From the sequence record MW822007.1: DNA of 64,000 nt; one strand, given 5' to 3'. Every line of letters begins with the position of its first letter. Within the stretch, counting starts at the first letter, position 1. The notes beneath the pieces were generated by a model. The model was not told where the DNA came from. It was given only the letters and a program-made list of their open reading frames with translations, and searched no databases. Source of the DNA: Escherichia phage BF15. Of the stretch, positions 1-10,828 are shown piece by piece. The position numbers and the translations under genes were made by a program.

Positions 1-12
1 GTAAACAACTTT

Positions 13-696
13 TTATCGTTTTGTTGGAAGAGATAGAGGATCGCACTCTTCCTCTGACGGAGCATCTTCAAGACCCATAGCATATCGCAAAGCATACTTC
101 ATCATCAGGATGTCTTTCGCACAGTCATGAATAGAATCATGTGCAACGAATCCATCTAAAGTTCCTTTTGGAAGAGGACACGTGGTCATATCACGAACAA
201 GGAGAAGTGCTTCAATTCTGGTACGAATATCACGCTGATTCCAGAATTTACACGGTTCTAACTTAAATGTGTCAAGTTCATTCTCAGAAACGCCATTAAG
301 ACGTTGAATATCGCGAATGAGATCGACTAAAATTGGAAAATCAAACGACATTCCACGGCACCAGCCTTGAGATTTCCAAGGATCGATGTTATGTGCATTG
401 ATGTAATCATTAAATTTTACAATACCATCGATAGTGCTTACATCTTCATCTGACGGTGCAATATTTTTTCGAGCTTCAGGAGACTGATTTTTCCACCATT
501 CGATAGTGCTTTTAGTAAAAAGACGATGTCCTTTTTGACTTTTTAAATCAAATTTGATTTTAATGCCGCGCGAAACTAATTCATCAAACGTTTCAACTAC
601 TTCTGGATTAGGGTCAAAGGCAATAACAGCCAAATCAATAACAGCTGCCTTTTCACCGCTTCCCATTGTTTCAAAATCTATAATAAAATCAAACAT
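13..696 (-). CDS. dexA: exonuclease A (DexA), 3'-5' DNA exonuclease
   Basis: 227 aa ORF; sequence matches T4 DexA as recalled; sits left of dda as in T4. Confidence 0.85.
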   Translation of the reverse strand: MFDFIIDFETMGSGEKAAVIDLAVIAFDPNPEVVETFDELVSRGIKIKFDLKSQKGHRLFTKSTIEWWKNQSPEARKNIAPSDEDVSTIDGIVKFNDYINAHNIDPWKSQGWCRGMSFDFPILVDLIRDIQRLNGVSENELDTFKLEPCKFWNQRDIRTRIEALLLVRDMTTCPLPKGTLDGFVAHDSIHDCAKDILMMKYALRYAMGLEDAPSEEECDPLSLPTKR

Positions 697-971
697 TAAA
701 TTTTCCTTGCTAAATCGCGAATTTGACCTACAGTATAATCTTGGATATAAACTTTATTAATGGGCTCATCAATAAATTTTGCCATAGATTCAATATCTTT
801 TTGTATCTCTTCAAGACTGTATACTATCTTTGAAGCTTTTTCGCGAATAGTAGCATTATCAGGTCCTGGATTTTCCTCAATGACAGCTTTAACATTTGTC
901 ATAAGAGATTTAAACTGATGTAAACTTAATTCAATCATTAATAATCGCCTTATAAAGATGGCTAATTTCAC
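696..971 (-). CDS. hypothetical protein (dexA.1 position)
   Basis: 91 aa ORF, co-directional and abutting dexA; no family recognised. Confidence 0.45.
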   Translation of the reverse strand: MKLAIFIRRLLMIELSLHQFKSLMTNVKAVIEENPGPDNATIREKASKIVYSLEEIQKDIESMAKFIDEPINKVYIQDYTVGQIRDLARKI

Positions 972-1191
972 CTAAAACATAATCACTGATTGTAACAGTT
1001 TTCACTTCACCACAAAAGAATTCTAACGCAATTAAATCTCGTTCAATTTCTTCCAATTGAAGCATTAACTTGCCTGATTCAATTTTCACGTTTTTGCGAT
1101 TTTTACTATAAGCTATTTCATAAATTTCGCTCACTTTATCTTGAAGTAGATAAAACTGGTCTTTAGTTATTTCCACGAATAGCTTCCTCAA
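931..1191 (-). CDS. hypothetical protein (dexA.2 position)
   Basis: 86 aa ORF between dda and dexA; overlaps neighbour by 41 nt in another frame; start may be internal. Confidence 0.4.
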   Translation of the reverse strand: MRKLFVEITKDQFYLLQDKVSEIYEIAYSKNRKNVKIESGKLMLQLEEIERDLIALEFFCGEVKTVTISDYVLGEISHLYKAIIND

Positions 1192-1197
1192 ATTTAA

Positions 1198-2517
1198 TCA
1201 TACATAAAACACATCATAACGACCACGAGTGACACCAACATAAAGAAGCTGCTGTGCTAGTTCAGCATCTGCGTAATGAATACAAGGTGTATAGATGAAA
1301 GCACGATCTACAGACATGCCCTGCGCTTTGTGGAATGTTGATGCGGGAAGTGCTTTCACTTTACTAAACTGTGATTTAGCATCCCAAAAATCGCTCCACG
1401 GAGCCTTTCCGCCTTTATTCCAATTTTTATAAGTTTCTGCAGTTTTACCTAAAAATAAGTTAAACTTATACAGCTCTTCATCAGATGAAATTATTTTAAT
1501 CTTTTCACGATAATATTCATCATCGCCGTAAGTTTCTACTGTTAAATCCCAATGACGAATTAGATATTCTCCAGAAACACCACGAGCTTTAACAAACGTC
1601 GATGTATACTCTGCTTCTATAATACGAACTAATTGTCCGTTATTAAAAATAATTTCTGACACAGGCTTTCCATCAATTTTATATGTTTTAATTAACGGTT
1701 CCTGCATTACAATAATTTCACCGACAATAAAATCTTTATCAGTTTCAAAAATCTTTTTACGAATAATGCTATTTAACTTATCAACAGATTTATTCGTAAA
1801 TGCCATTACACGATTTTCAAACAAATCATCTAGTGATCTGACGATTGAAAAATAATTTACCATAAAATCACGTAAAGCGGTATCACCAGTAAATCCACGT
1901 ACTCCATGCCCGTCAACAATTTTATCATAAATCCACTTACCGTTACGAACATCAGTAGCTACATCAATAATAGGAGCATTACTGCGTTTAACTTCAGTGA
2001 GTTCACACTGATAAAAGTCTTTGTGCGTAAAGAATGGACTGATATAAGCAGTGTTTTCTCCTGGGTCAACAGGTCTAATTTGCTTATTATCGCCTATTCC
2101 AATTATAGTACACCACGGCGGGATAGTTGAAAGCAGAATTTTAAATAGCTTTCTATCATACATTGACACTTCGTCGCAGATTAATACTCTGCATTTAGCC
2201 AAATCCGGTACTTCTTTTTGCTCAAAAAGAACGTTTTCTTCGTATGTTACTGGGTTAATTTTAAGAATACTGTGAATAGTACTCGCTTCTTTCCCTGACA
2301 GTTTTGAAAGAATCTTTTTAGCTGCATGAGTAGGAGCTGCTAAAATAATGCCAGTTTCGCCCGTAGATATTAAGGCTTCAATAATGAACTTAGTAAGAGT
2401 AGTCTTACCAGTACCAGCAGGTCCATTAATAGTTACATGATGTTTCTTTTCTTTAATAGCCCTCATAACGATGTTAAAGGCATTTTTCTGACCTTCGGTC
2501 AAATCATCAAATGTCAT
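1198..2517 (-). CDS. dda: Dda DNA helicase (SF1B)
   Basis: 439 aa; Walker A GPAGTGKT; near-identical to T4 Dda as recalled. Confidence 0.95.
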   Translation of the reverse strand: MTFDDLTEGQKNAFNIVMRAIKEKKHHVTINGPAGTGKTTLTKFIIEALISTGETGIILAAPTHAAKKILSKLSGKEASTIHSILKINPVTYEENVLFEQKEVPDLAKCRVLICDEVSMYDRKLFKILLSTIPPWCTIIGIGDNKQIRPVDPGENTAYISPFFTHKDFYQCELTEVKRSNAPIIDVATDVRNGKWIYDKIVDGHGVRGFTGDTALRDFMVNYFSIVRSLDDLFENRVMAFTNKSVDKLNSIIRKKIFETDKDFIVGEIIVMQEPLIKTYKIDGKPVSEIIFNNGQLVRIIEAEYTSTFVKARGVSGEYLIRHWDLTVETYGDDEYYREKIKIISSDEELYKFNLFLGKTAETYKNWNKGGKAPWSDFWDAKSQFSKVKALPASTFHKAQGMSVDRAFIYTPCIHYADAELAQQLLYVGVTRGRYDVFYV

Positions 2518-2825
2518 CGTAAATTCCCTGCAATTGGTATACTAACAATACGCCCAGTATCTAAAATTCGCCGATATAATCTTTGTGTGTCTACATCAGG
2601 CTTAACGTGTTTAACTTCTATTTTATTAAACCAAAACTTACGTGGAGTCTCAACTAATCTCGGAATTCCCATACCTAAAGCTAGTTGATACTGCTCTTTA
2701 AGAGTTGTAAATACTTTATCAGCAATCTCCCTTTCAAAAAATACAGCAGGGCGATGTTCATCAAGAGGAACAGGCACCGCAAATCCATCTTTATCTCTAT
2801 ACACTATCGCATATACATAAAACAT
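2514..2825 (-). CDS. hypothetical protein (dda.1 position)
   Basis: 103 aa ORF; stop overlaps dda start. Confidence 0.5.
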   Translation of the reverse strand: MFYVYAIVYRDKDGFAVPVPLDEHRPAVFFEREIADKVFTTLKEQYQLALGMGIPRLVETPRKFWFNKIEVKHVKPDVDTQRLYRRILDTGRIVSIPIAGNLR

Positions 2826-2826
2826 A

Positions 2827-3573
2827 TTATCCTCGGATAAGTTTAAAAATTGAACAATTTAGCGGGTATCCTCTTTTCAGTTTAAGTTTATCAATAAAAG
2901 ACAAGTTTTGATACCGCTCTATACCTTGAATAATTTTATCACACATATCATATTGCATTTCTGCTTCTGACAACTTTTTCACAGTTTTCCAATCCGAGCC
3001 TTTAAGAAGAACGTTCAATTTAACAACTTCAGCGCCTTCTGCTATACGAGAACCATCAATACGAGCTTTGAGTGCTATAATCGTTAGCTTAACGTCAGAA
3101 GTTTGTTTTGATTTAGAAAGCTGAGAAATGTGCTCAATTCGGTTTTCACGTTTTTTCTGTATAGCTTTAATTTGATTATAAGTCTTTTTGATTTTAGCCC
3201 ATTTCTTTTCATCTAAATTTAGTTTATGAACTTTTTTCGCAGATGAACGACCAATTCGCAAAGCAAATAAATCACGCTTTTCAATCAACTCTTCTAAAGT
3301 ATAATCAGAACGAAACGTATTATACTTTTTCTTTACTGCAATAACATTCCCTTTAATGTATCCAACGTTATTATCAAAACGTTCTAACGATAATTTCTCT
3401 CCTTCAATACGATTATCAAAAGGTTCTCCTGAGTAAGCGCAAACTTTCTGATCTAAAATGTTCTTAATGTAATTGAAGTCTAAGTTAAAATCTTTAGAAC
3501 GTCTTTTAGCTGATGCCTGAGTATGCTCTAAACGACGTGTAATTTTACGAATTTGATTTTTAGACAGTTTCAT
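2827..3573 (-). CDS. srd: Srd-like protein
   Basis: 248 aa; position and size match T4 srd; ATG at 3573 preceded by early promoter. Confidence 0.65.
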   Translation of the reverse strand: MKLSKNQIRKITRRLEHTQASAKRRSKDFNLDFNYIKNILDQKVCAYSGEPFDNRIEGEKLSLERFDNNVGYIKGNVIAVKKKYNTFRSDYTLEELIEKRDLFALRIGRSSAKKVHKLNLDEKKWAKIKKTYNQIKAIQKKRENRIEHISQLSKSKQTSDVKLTIIALKARIDGSRIAEGAEVVKLNVLLKGSDWKTVKKLSEAEMQYDMCDKIIQGIERYQNLSFIDKLKLKRGYPLNCSIFKLIRG

Positions 3574-3602
3574 ATTTTTCTCACGGACGGTTAACTACTT
3601 AT

Positions 3603-3632
3603 ACTATAACATTTTTACTTTAACTTGTAAAC
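3603..3632 (-). promoter_or_regulatory. T4-type early promoter (upstream of srd)
   Basis: minus strand GTTTAC-N18-TATAGT. Confidence 0.6.
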
Positions 3633-3688
3633 AACTTTATGAAAAATGCTTTAAAACTTTCATGGTATAATGAATCTAAGTCCTTCCA

Positions 3689-4291
3689 TTATAGATTAAA
3701 TCCTTCAAAATCAAGAGTATAGATAGTGTATGTTGAATACTTTTTATACTCGTATCTATCCGCAATTCTAAATACACTTCCAGCTGGTATCATTACTTCT
3801 TGTTCATCTGAAACTAATTCCATATTACGATAGCGATGGCTATCCGGAAACTTAAAACTTGGACTATATTCTTTACAACGTAGAGCTTTTATAGCATACT
3901 CCTGGAAATTAAATACCATAGGAGCTTTGAATTCAAAAATAACTTGTGTATTGTATTCTAATCCAGAAGCAAAATGTAGAGCTATATTTTTATCATATGA
4001 AGCTGATACTACTTTATCAAATGTAATAATATCAATTCCTTGATTTAACACTTGTTTAGTCTCAACTGGAACACCTCTCCAAAGAGGTTTATCGTTTGGA
4101 ACCAAACGAGATTTGATTATTTCATTTAACCAAGAATGATCGTCTGGCTTATTAGTAATACAATGAATTAAAAGTTCAATTTCGGATAAATTAAATCCTT
4201 CAGAAAGTAATTCTTCACGAATAGAAGCACGCACCGATGCATCCATTGATTTGATTTTAAAATCTTTTAATTGCATTGCTGAATATTTCAT
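3689..4291 (-). CDS. modA: ModA ADP-ribosyltransferase
   Basis: 200 aa, size and position as T4 ModA; paralog of the adjacent ORF. Confidence 0.75.
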   Translation of the reverse strand: MKYSAMQLKDFKIKSMDASVRASIREELLSEGFNLSEIELLIHCITNKPDDHSWLNEIIKSRLVPNDKPLWRGVPVETKQVLNQGIDIITFDKVVSASYDKNIALHFASGLEYNTQVIFEFKAPMVFNFQEYAIKALRCKEYSPSFKFPDSHRYRNMELVSDEQEVMIPAGSVFRIADRYEYKKYSTYTIYTLDFEGFNL

Positions 4292-4911
4292 TCAACTACC
4301 TCAATATCATACACTTTAAATGTTCCAAATGAATCGTGTAATTTTTCTTTTGAAATAGAAGTTATTTTATACTTTCCAATTGGAATCATCCATTCTTGTT
4401 CACGCACAATCATCATTAAGTTATCAGTACGTTCTGAATCTAATCCATCAGTATCTTCATATGTATACTTAAACTCAGTGTTAGGAGAAGAAAGTATAAT
4501 ATCGCTGATATGGTCAGAGTAATTAAAAGCTTTATCAGTTTTTAAGCGAAATATTATTTCAGTGGAATATTCAACATAAGAAAAACCACATGCTGTGTGC
4601 AAACTAGTAGTAAATGAATCTACTCTGTTCGTTGAAAACACTTCTCCAACTTGTAAATCTTTAATGAGTTCTTTTGTCGATTTTGATATACCACGATATA
4701 ACTGATAAGGTGATTCAGTTAAATGCTTTTTAATGATTTTATTCAACTGCCGATGAAGAGCTTCATTCTTTTTGGCTTCCATACATTGCCAAAGAACTGA
4801 CTGTTCAAAGTCAGTAAATTTTTCACAGACCTTTTTATACATATCATATTGAAAATCAACGCTTTCAGCTTTTATAGATAACTGTTCAACATCTGCAAGA
4901 TTAATAATCAT
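4288..4911 (-). CDS. modB: ModB ADP-ribosyltransferase
   Basis: ORF-track start 4923 moved to ATG at 4911 (GGAGG 4-5 nt upstream), giving 207 aa as in T4 ModB. Confidence 0.75.
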   Translation of the reverse strand: MIINLADVEQLSIKAESVDFQYDMYKKVCEKFTDFEQSVLWQCMEAKKNEALHRQLNKIIKKHLTESPYQLYRGISKSTKELIKDLQVGEVFSTNRVDSFTTSLHTACGFSYVEYSTEIIFRLKTDKAFNYSDHISDIILSSPNTEFKYTYEDTDGLDSERTDNLMMIVREQEWMIPIGKYKITSISKEKLHDSFGTFKVYDIEVVE

Positions 4912-4937
4912 GATAGCCTCCATATACTTCAGAAGCT

Positions 4938-4967
4938 ATCATATCATTGTTAGGAAGGAAAGTAAAC
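4938..4967 (-). promoter_or_regulatory. T4-type early promoter (upstream of modB)
   Basis: minus strand GTTTAC-N18-TATGAT. Confidence 0.55.
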
Positions 4968-4978
4968 AACTTTTTGAA

Positions 4979-5161
4979 TTATTTTGCCCAGGGAGCCCAG
5001 GGCGGAGGGTCAAGATGGTATGAAGCTAGTTCTTCTAGAAGAGCATCTGGGGCTTCAATTCCATAATTCTGTAATACTATACGGTACTCTTTCTTATAAT
5101 CACTAGAATCATTCTGGATATTCGTAGAATGATTATCTTCTAACATCTCAAATAAATCCAT
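4979..5161 (-). CDS. hypothetical protein
   Basis: 60 aa ORF; Pro/Trp-rich C-terminus; no family recognised. Confidence 0.4.
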   Translation of the reverse strand: MDLFEMLEDNHSTNIQNDSSDYKKEYRIVLQNYGIEAPDALLEELASYHLDPPPWAPWAK

Positions 5162-5169
5162 ATTAATTC

Positions 5170-5640
5170 CTAGCGATAAAAACCAAAATAACGATTAGTT
5201 TCAATAATCTTTCTTTCTTCTTCGGACATTCTCCAGTGTAGTCCAACATCAAAATGAGCCCAGACCATCTTAACAAATGCATTTATATCTTTAATATCTT
5301 CAATAATGAATGTTTTACTTTTAGAAGGTTGACTCGCTAATTTAACTTTATCGTCTTCAAATAGGTAAAAAAGACCATATTCATGAGCTCTTTTATAGCC
5401 TTTGATAGTTAAAGCCTCAGAAGAAGAAAATGGTGAATCAGTATGCTGCAAAATATCTTCAGTATGCTTTATAATTAGAATAACATTTTCTGGATATTTT
5501 CTTTCTTTTATATCTTTAATTAAAAGGCCCGGATTTTCTGCTAAAGGAATAATTAATGAGCAATTTTTGTCAAGCGTATTTACTGATTTACCTTCTTTAG
5601 ACATAAATTCTATTGAATAATGTTTTGCTACTTCAATCAT
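5170..5640 (-). CDS. hypothetical protein
   Basis: 156 aa ORF in modB-soc variable block. Confidence 0.45.
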   Translation of the reverse strand: MIEVAKHYSIEFMSKEGKSVNTLDKNCSLIIPLAENPGLLIKDIKERKYPENVILIIKHTEDILQHTDSPFSSSEALTIKGYKRAHEYGLFYLFEDDKVKLASQPSKSKTFIIEDIKDINAFVKMVWAHFDVGLHWRMSEEERKIIETNRYFGFYR

Positions 5641-5785
5641 GCGATTTCCTCTTGCCTACTAATGGGCCGTCAGGAATTTTGTTTTCCTGGATATATTTCT
5701 CATTTTCTTCCATCATTTTACTGCCAATTTTAAGAAGCAAATCCAGTGCTTCATTTGCTTTAGCCTTGGCCTCTTCTAACGTCAT
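5633..5785 (-). CDS. hypothetical small protein
   Basis: 50 aa ORF ([12 protein letters not shown]...) read by hand; below ORF-track size cut-off; stop overlaps downstream start. Confidence 0.3.
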   Translation of the reverse strand: MTLEEAKAKANEALDLLLKIGSKMMEENEKYIQENKIPDGPLVGKRKSHD

Positions 5786-5793
5786 ATCTCTGT

Positions 5794-5997
5794 TCACGAT
5801 TTATCCCCATAGATGTCTCTCATCAATTTAAGCGCTGAGCGTTCTAATTTCTTTTCTTTCTCAGCACTAATCATTGATTTCATCCATTCTTCTGATTCAT
5901 TCTGTATTTCTTTATTTGCCTGTTCAACCCAACCATCATCAATGTACATTGAGTTTGGTCTACTGAACCATTCAAACATTTTCTTCAGAACTTTCAT
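5794..5997 (-). CDS. hypothetical protein
   Basis: 67 aa ORF. Confidence 0.4.
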   Translation of the reverse strand: MKVLKKMFEWFSRPNSMYIDDGWVEQANKEIQNESEEWMKSMISAEKEKKLERSALKLMRDIYGDKS

Positions 5998-6469
5998 TTA
6001 TTTTACCTAAAACAACAGTAGGAGCATCATCAAATTTATGAATTTTTAGCAAATTTGGATTTAAACTATTCCATAAAGAGGTAATAAAATATGATAGCGC
6101 ATTTTCTTCCGTAATTATAAATTTATTTCCCTTATCTATTTTCCAGTCATATATTGAATCATATGAATATAATGTCAACGGTTTATTGTTATAATATGCT
6201 TCAGCAACATCAATATAGTTAGATTTAGTAAATGCTTGAATTGACATAAATGGAGAATTTCGTACAGTTTCAATAATTCCGATCTTTTTAAGTTTTATTT
6301 CAACATCTTCTGGAACTGGCATTGAAATAAAATCTTCTACTAGATACATGCTATTATCATATCTTTTATCAATCATTACTGCTACTGTAATTGGAACATC
6401 TTTAGCAAACGACATGCTATTACTGCTAATATACATTTCAAACAAAATCGCTTCCATAATTTTCCTCAA
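5972..6469 (-). CDS. hypothetical protein
   Basis: 165 aa ORF. Confidence 0.45.
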   Translation of the reverse strand: MRKIMEAILFEMYISSNSMSFAKDVPITVAVMIDKRYDNSMYLVEDFISMPVPEDVEIKLKKIGIIETVRNSPFMSIQAFTKSNYIDVAEAYYNNKPLTLYSYDSIYDWKIDKGNKFIITEENALSYFITSLWNSLNPNLLKIHKFDDAPTVVLGKINESSEENV

Positions 6470-6807
6470 TCACAAGATGTAGATGAACAACTAGAATCAC
6501 AAGAACTTCCACACGAATCGCCCGTCCATACATGAACAGGAACATTAGTGTCATATGAATCAGAACTAGACTGTGTATTCTGTGTATTAGATGATGTAGT
6601 AGGTGTTGACCAGCGCCAAGGATTTTTATAATATTCTTGGGCTTCTTCATAAGTCATAGTAACTGCTTCTACTGTTCCATCTCCCATATAAACATATTCA
6701 ACTACAGTTAAAGGAAGGTAGTCGTTTGAAATAGGAACTACACCTTCTCCAGGAGCTGTAGAGAAAAAATCTGTAAAGAAATTTTTAAACCAATTAAAGA
6801 TAAACAT
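6466..6807 (-). CDS. hypothetical protein with Ser/Thr-rich linker and Cys/Ser-rich C-terminus
   Basis: 113 aa; hydrophobic N-terminus; C-terminus [17 protein letters not shown]. Confidence 0.45.
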   Translation of the reverse strand: MFIFNWFKNFFTDFFSTAPGEGVVPISNDYLPLTVVEYVYMGDGTVEAVTMTYEEAQEYYKNPWRWSTPTTSSNTQNTQSSSDSYDTNVPVHVWTGDSCGSSCDSSCSSTSCD

Positions 6808-7013
6808 TACAAAAAGCCTCTCTTGAATTCAACTTGCTTCTCGCCATAATCATATCGAATCTCTGCATTAAATTCGACAGAACCATCTGCGTACATCATA
6901 AATGAATGCACAATAACTTCTGTAGACCATGGCTGTAGTTCATATTTCTTCATTACATGCCGTGAAATGATAATATCTAAATCTTCATTTGGTTTAATCC
7001 AGCGATTTAACAT
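6807..7013 (-). CDS. hypothetical protein
   Basis: 68 aa; ATG at 7013 with GAGGAG SD and early promoter upstream. Confidence 0.45.
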   Translation of the reverse strand: MLNRWIKPNEDLDIIISRHVMKKYELQPWSTEVIVHSFMMYADGSVEFNAEIRYDYGEKQVEFKRGFL

Positions 7014-7039
7014 AGTGCTCTCCTCTATAAGATAATTCT

Positions 7040-7069
7040 ATTATACCATACTCATTTTGGAAAGTAAAC
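7040..7069 (-). promoter_or_regulatory. T4-type early promoter
   Basis: minus strand GTTTAC-N18-TATAAT; next to soc terminator. Confidence 0.6.
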
Positions 7070-7077
7070 CGGTAAAA

Positions 7078-7103
7078 TGAAAAAAGGACTCCCGAAGGAG
7101 TCC
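7078..7103 (-). terminator. intrinsic terminator after soc
   Basis: minus-strand hairpin GGACUCC-UUCG-GGAGUCC followed by U run. Confidence 0.65.
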
Positions 7104-7111
7104 TTGAATTA

Positions 7112-7357
7112 TTAACCGCCAGTTACTTTCCACAAATCTTCGTTTGCAGCAATCCATTCAGTACGCTGATTTTCTTCATATACAGTAGTATATGCTGCTT
7201 TTTCTGAAGGGAACGTCTGGTAATGAGCACCAGAAATTTTGTGAACGTCAGAATAAAGAGGGAAAGCTACTGAAATTTCCTTTCCTTCAATTTTCTTATT
7301 TCCATCTAATTTCTGCTCAAATGTTTTGATATTAACATAACCGCGAGTACTAGCCAT
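7112..7357 (-). CDS. soc: small outer capsid protein Soc
   Basis: 81 aa, matches T4 Soc as recalled; late promoter upstream, terminator downstream. Confidence 0.95.
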   Translation of the reverse strand: MASTRGYVNIKTFEQKLDGNKKIEGKEISVAFPLYSDVHKISGAHYQTFPSEKAAYTTVYEENQRTEWIAANEDLWKVTGG

Positions 7358-7387
7358 GTAATTCTCCTTTTATTTAAATTACATGAT

Positions 7388-7395
7388 TATTTATA
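7388..7395 (-). promoter_or_regulatory. late promoter box for soc
   Basis: minus strand TATAAATA about 30 nt upstream of soc ATG. Confidence 0.6.
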
Positions 7396-7425
7396 ATAAA
7401 TTCTCGCGGCTTTTAAGACGAGCTG

Positions 7426-7944
7426 TTAATAACCTCGGTCTTGACGAGCGAAATTTTCAGCATTTTTCAGATAATAAAGTTTAAAGATTTCTTCAGCCGT
7501 AAGACCGAGGCCTTGGAACATGTTCAGAACGAAATGAAGAATATCAATCATTTCGAATTTAATTTCCAACTGGTCTTGTGGAGACAAATCAGTAATCAGA
7601 GTTTCACGTCGTTCACCATGTTGAGCTTTCCAAGGCTTCCATACAGCAGATGCATCTTTTTCACCATTGCTCATACCACCAAGAGAAGTCAGAAGTTCGC
7701 GGAATTCATCATCAATATAATCTTTCTGATTACGCAGCCAATCAACAACTTCACCTGCAGTAGCCAAATCATCAGGATGACGGTTATATTCAGGTTTATC
7801 TTTAGCTAAACGAATCTGCAGAGATTTCTGCATGTCAAGCATTACCTGCAGCGGGTCTTTTTCATCACCGAGAATATCCCAATATTCATTTTGAGCTTTA
7901 TCAGCGCCTTCAATCAGTTGACTACATTCGTTAAAGTAAGCCAT
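7426..7944 (-). CDS. 56: dCTPase/dUTPase gp56
   Basis: matches T4 gp56; start moved from 7959 to ATG 7944 (MAYFNEC...) with SD. Confidence 0.9.
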   Translation of the reverse strand: MAYFNECSQLIEGADKAQNEYWDILGDEKDPLQVMLDMQKSLQIRLAKDKPEYNRHPDDLATAGEVVDWLRNQKDYIDDEFRELLTSLGGMSNGEKDASAVWKPWKAQHGERRETLITDLSPQDQLEIKFEMIDILHFVLNMFQGLGLTAEEIFKLYYLKNAENFARQDRGY

Positions 7945-8004
7945 TATTTTTCCTTTCAATTCATCAATAAGTTAAATAATTATATCATTTGAGTATGTAA
8001 GCAA

Positions 8005-9344
<1,340 letters not shown>

Positions 9345-9369
9345 TATATCATCCTCAGCAATTTATTTT

Positions 9370-9399
9370 ATAATACCATAACAAGCTGAGAAAGTAAAC
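9370..9399 (-). promoter_or_regulatory. T4-type early promoter for nuclease-dam operon
   Basis: minus strand GTTTAC-N18-TATTAT, 26 nt upstream of ATG 9344. Confidence 0.55.
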
Positions 9400-9434
9400 A
9401 AATTTATGATAAATATTAATTTAAAGGAGGACAT

Positions 9435-9635
9435 ATGGTACAAAAATTAATGGCACTTGTAGATGCCATAAAAGGTAATAAAAAACGTATAGCTTTTACT
9501 ATTTCTGCTATGATAGGAATTTTACTTTGGAATTTTGTTTTATCGCCAGTTGCTATTGCTCATGGCGTTAGTATTCCAGTAATTACTCTTGATACATTCG
9601 TAGATTTAGCATTTGCTTTAGTTGGGTTAATTTAA
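9435..9635 (+). CDS. small hydrophobic membrane protein
   Basis: 66 aa, two predicted TM helices; ATG preceded by AGGAGG 4 nt upstream; only plus-strand gene candidate in the window. Confidence 0.4.
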   Translation: MVQKLMALVDAIKGNKKRIAFTISAMIGILLWNFVLSPVAIAHGVSIPVITLDTFVDLAFALVGLI

Positions 9636-10660
9636 ATCTTAGCATATTTAGATAGCCGCATTTTAGCCATCAACCCTTGGGCAATATTATTTTTCATATA
9701 TTCCATAATTTGTTCAGGGGTTGCACCTTCCTTTCTAATCATATCATTAACATCTTTTGATTTCCAGGGAGATTTATCCCAAAACATAACCCTTTCTCCT
9801 GCATCAACTAATTTAGTCATTCGTTTAATAGTATCAGGGTGACGAGGTTCATTATCTAAAACCCATACACGTCTATCTTTAAATGGAACAATTTCTAGGT
9901 CTAATTGACCACCTGTAATAGCTATACCATTTTCAATAAAAAGTGAATCTATAGGTCCTTCTAGAACATATACATCACCATCTTTAACTCGTTCAACTCC
10001 ATAGATTTTTGTTGCCTCAGGATAAGCTTTGATGGTGATATATTTTTGAGGAGCATCTTTCTTTAATGCACGTCCTTGAAAAGACTCGGCTTTTCCATTA
10101 GCATTATAAATTGGAATAACAAGACGAGACTCAGGTATTTCCTTTTTGTATGTTCCTGGTGCTATGCTATTAACTAATTTAGGCCATTCGGTTGTAAACC
10201 AAAGATATTTCCATTTATCCTTTGGAATACAGCGAGCTTTTACATATTTTATAATTGGATGGTCTTCCGCCAGTTTATCTAATCTAACACATGACGGAAG
10301 AGATTTAATTATTTTCGTCTCAGGTTGTTTAGGAAGTTCTTTAGGTTTTTCTACTGGACGACTTTTACCTTTTTCTTTTCTTATTTCAAAGATATACTCA
10401 CGATATAAATCGGGTTCAAACTCCTTTAAATATATTCCGATTGGCGCATGATAGTTACAGTTATAACAATGAATATTTCCTTCATTATTATCACCATAAT
10501 ACCATCCACGGGCTTTATTTTGGTCGGTTTTTGAATCTCCACAAACAGGACATCTAAACCGTAATTTAAAAGTTGAACTATTATTTACTTGTGTGAATTT
10601 AGGTAAATGAGCTAATGCACGATACGCAAACTCATTATCAATCCAAGGTATTGATGACAT
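9632..10660 (-). CDS. 61: DNA primase gp61
   Basis: 342 aa; zinc ribbon CPVCGDS...CYNC; matches T4 gp61. Confidence 0.95.
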   Translation of the reverse strand: MSSIPWIDNEFAYRALAHLPKFTQVNNSSTFKLRFRCPVCGDSKTDQNKARGWYYGDNNEGNIHCYNCNYHAPIGIYLKEFEPDLYREYIFEIRKEKGKSRPVEKPKELPKQPETKIIKSLPSCVRLDKLAEDHPIIKYVKARCIPKDKWKYLWFTTEWPKLVNSIAPGTYKKEIPESRLVIPIYNANGKAESFQGRALKKDAPQKYITIKAYPEATKIYGVERVKDGDVYVLEGPIDSLFIENGIAITGGQLDLEIVPFKDRRVWVLDNEPRHPDTIKRMTKLVDAGERVMFWDKSPWKSKDVNDMIRKEGATPEQIMEYMKNNIAQGLMAKMRLSKYAKI

Positions 10661-10662
10661 TT

Positions 10663-10827
10663 TTACTCTTCTTTTTCTTTAGATTCCTCTTTTTTCTTTT
10701 TAGGAATCTGTTCAGGACCTTTATTTACTACAGCGCCTGATGTTGTTCCAGTAGAGATATTTTCAGGATTACCACCTGAATCTCCAGCGACCATATCTTC
10801 TTTGATAAATTCTTTAAATGTTTTCAT
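10663..10827 (-). CDS. hypothetical small protein (61.1 position)
   Basis: 54 aa ORF (MKTFKEFIKEDMVAGDSGG...) translated codon by codon; Lys/Glu-rich tail. Confidence 0.4.
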   Translation of the reverse strand: MKTFKEFIKEDMVAGDSGGNPENISTGTTSGAVVNKGPEQIPKKKKEESKEKEE

Positions 10828-10828
10828 A

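Noticed and set aside
554-760. Plus-strand ORFs in the track throughout the window (e.g. 554-760, 1906-2130, 2051-2275, 12268-12498, 19047-19391, 45828-46229, 56500-56964)
   Set aside because: They lie inside or antisense to well-supported minus-strand genes, lack SD sequences and have low-complexity translations typical of AT-rich shadow frames
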